Shown here: positions 62,799-64,000 of the stretch, piece by piece
How positions within the stretch are numbered: the stretch's first letter is position 1
How the letters are laid out: every line of letters starts with the position of its first letter
Assembly (NCBI RefSeq): GCF_963921235.1
Contig: NC_086097.1
Coordinates: 62,374,001-62,438,000 of the forward strand
From: Mobula hypostoma
Lineage: Eukaryota
Direction of reading: 5' to 3'
Length of the DNA: 64,000 bases
Notes under the pieces: generated by a model
The model's input: the letters and a program-made list of their open reading frames with translations, nothing else
Told to the model about the DNA's origin: nothing
The model's database searches: none
Made by a program: the position numbers and the translations under genes

Positions 62799-64000
62799 TA
62801 TGTGCATCTGCTCCAGTTTTCAAAATTCTTGAGTGTGTCCAAACATCTATTATGTCTACTGCAGAGAATCTATTTGTAAGATCTCTACCTACAAACTATC
62901 AATTTTTCCTGACTTACCTTCATTTTCAATGCAGATGCAGAGAAGAGCAAAATCCAGCAATTAGTTTATCAAACAATAAGGAATAATGTATTAAAAGTGG
63001 CAAAGTATTGAAATTAAGTGTTCTATTTTCAAGTATCTTGTCAGTACCTTTGGAAATAACTTGGGTTGCAAACATGTCAATCCTGTTCTTCATGTTTTTA
63101 CTTATTTGATCCATAAAATCTGTAAAATCTGCATTTGTTTATACAAACTAAGATGACGAATAGGGAGATCAGTTGTATTCAGTCTGATATTCTTGATATC
63201 TATTGATTCAATCAACTATTTTAATTGGAAGGTTCATGGGGAAAAATAGCAAGCACGTCACCTCTTTCTCACTTGTTTTCTTTATTTTGAAGAGATCATA
63301 CATCATCATTTGAAATGCAAAATGTTACTTCAAAATCACAACCCCTGTCCAGTAGACTGAAAAGAAAGTTATCTTGACAAGCCCATATCAGTAACACAGT
63401 CAATTAATCCAGTTTAACTGGTCACAGATGACAGATTTAATTGGTTGCCACATGGGGAAAAGGAGTGTTGTTATCACAGTGTAGCCGTGACCTGAAAACA
63501 GATGAAGATTGAATCATGTTTCTAAGGGAGAAAATCCAACCGGCAACCAAGACCATGACTGTGTGCTATTGTTGTAGGTGCAAACTGTAGTTTGTTTTTA
63601 TTTCATCTATTCCGATTTCACCAGATTGGAATCTGTATGGAAGTGAGAATATATGCTTCAAGCAAATCAATGCTTCAGGAACCATGTTGCTAGGACAGTC
63701 GAAAAACTAATTCGTTCTTTTGTCTCATTCTATTCATATTAATACAGGTTAAATGTCTGGTGTCTGGTATCAAATAAAACTGATATCCTGATATTTAATT
63801 TACTTATAATGAACCTGATTCATGGTTTATTACTTAGGTTGTACAAACTAATGAGCTTTTTATCCATCTGTTATCTGAAGGCTAACAGAACACAAGAGGT
63901 CCCCAGTGAGCTAATTATGGTAACAAAAATATCTGATTCTAAATATTGTGCTTTAAGTTCACCTTTCACTTTATAGGAAGACAGCATTTATTTATAATGG

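Overview
Eukaryotic, almost certainly vertebrate, non-genic DNA saturated with transposable elements. The mix of CR1 LINEs, Penelope-like elements, V-SINEs, Rex1/Babar LINEs, Gypsy LTR elements and Tigger/Harbinger DNA transposons suggests a cartilaginous fish (inference). I found no confidently recognisable host gene, rRNA, tRNA gene or CRISPR array. Main points: (1) a complete, TSD-flanked, minus-strand Gypsy element at 2711-9025 with a PNMA-like Gag, an aspartic protease, an in-phase G GGA AAC -1 frameshift site followed by a plausible H-type pseudoknot, a deleted RT/RNaseH/integrase core, and LTRs of 1.0 and 2.3 kb whose length difference comes from an expanded 20-bp minisatellite; (2) a decayed Mag-type Gypsy at 18498-22837 with a third, related LTR inside pol; (3) a Penelope-like element with a mutated minimal hammerhead ribozyme, plus several hammerhead-bearing terminal remnants; (4) a young CR1 subfamily in three near-identical copies, one with an open 530-aa RT frame and two forming a ~1.1-kb inverted repeat; (5) many nested insertions that can be ordered by their target-site duplications. 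All calls come from reading the sequence by eye; no database search or folding was run.
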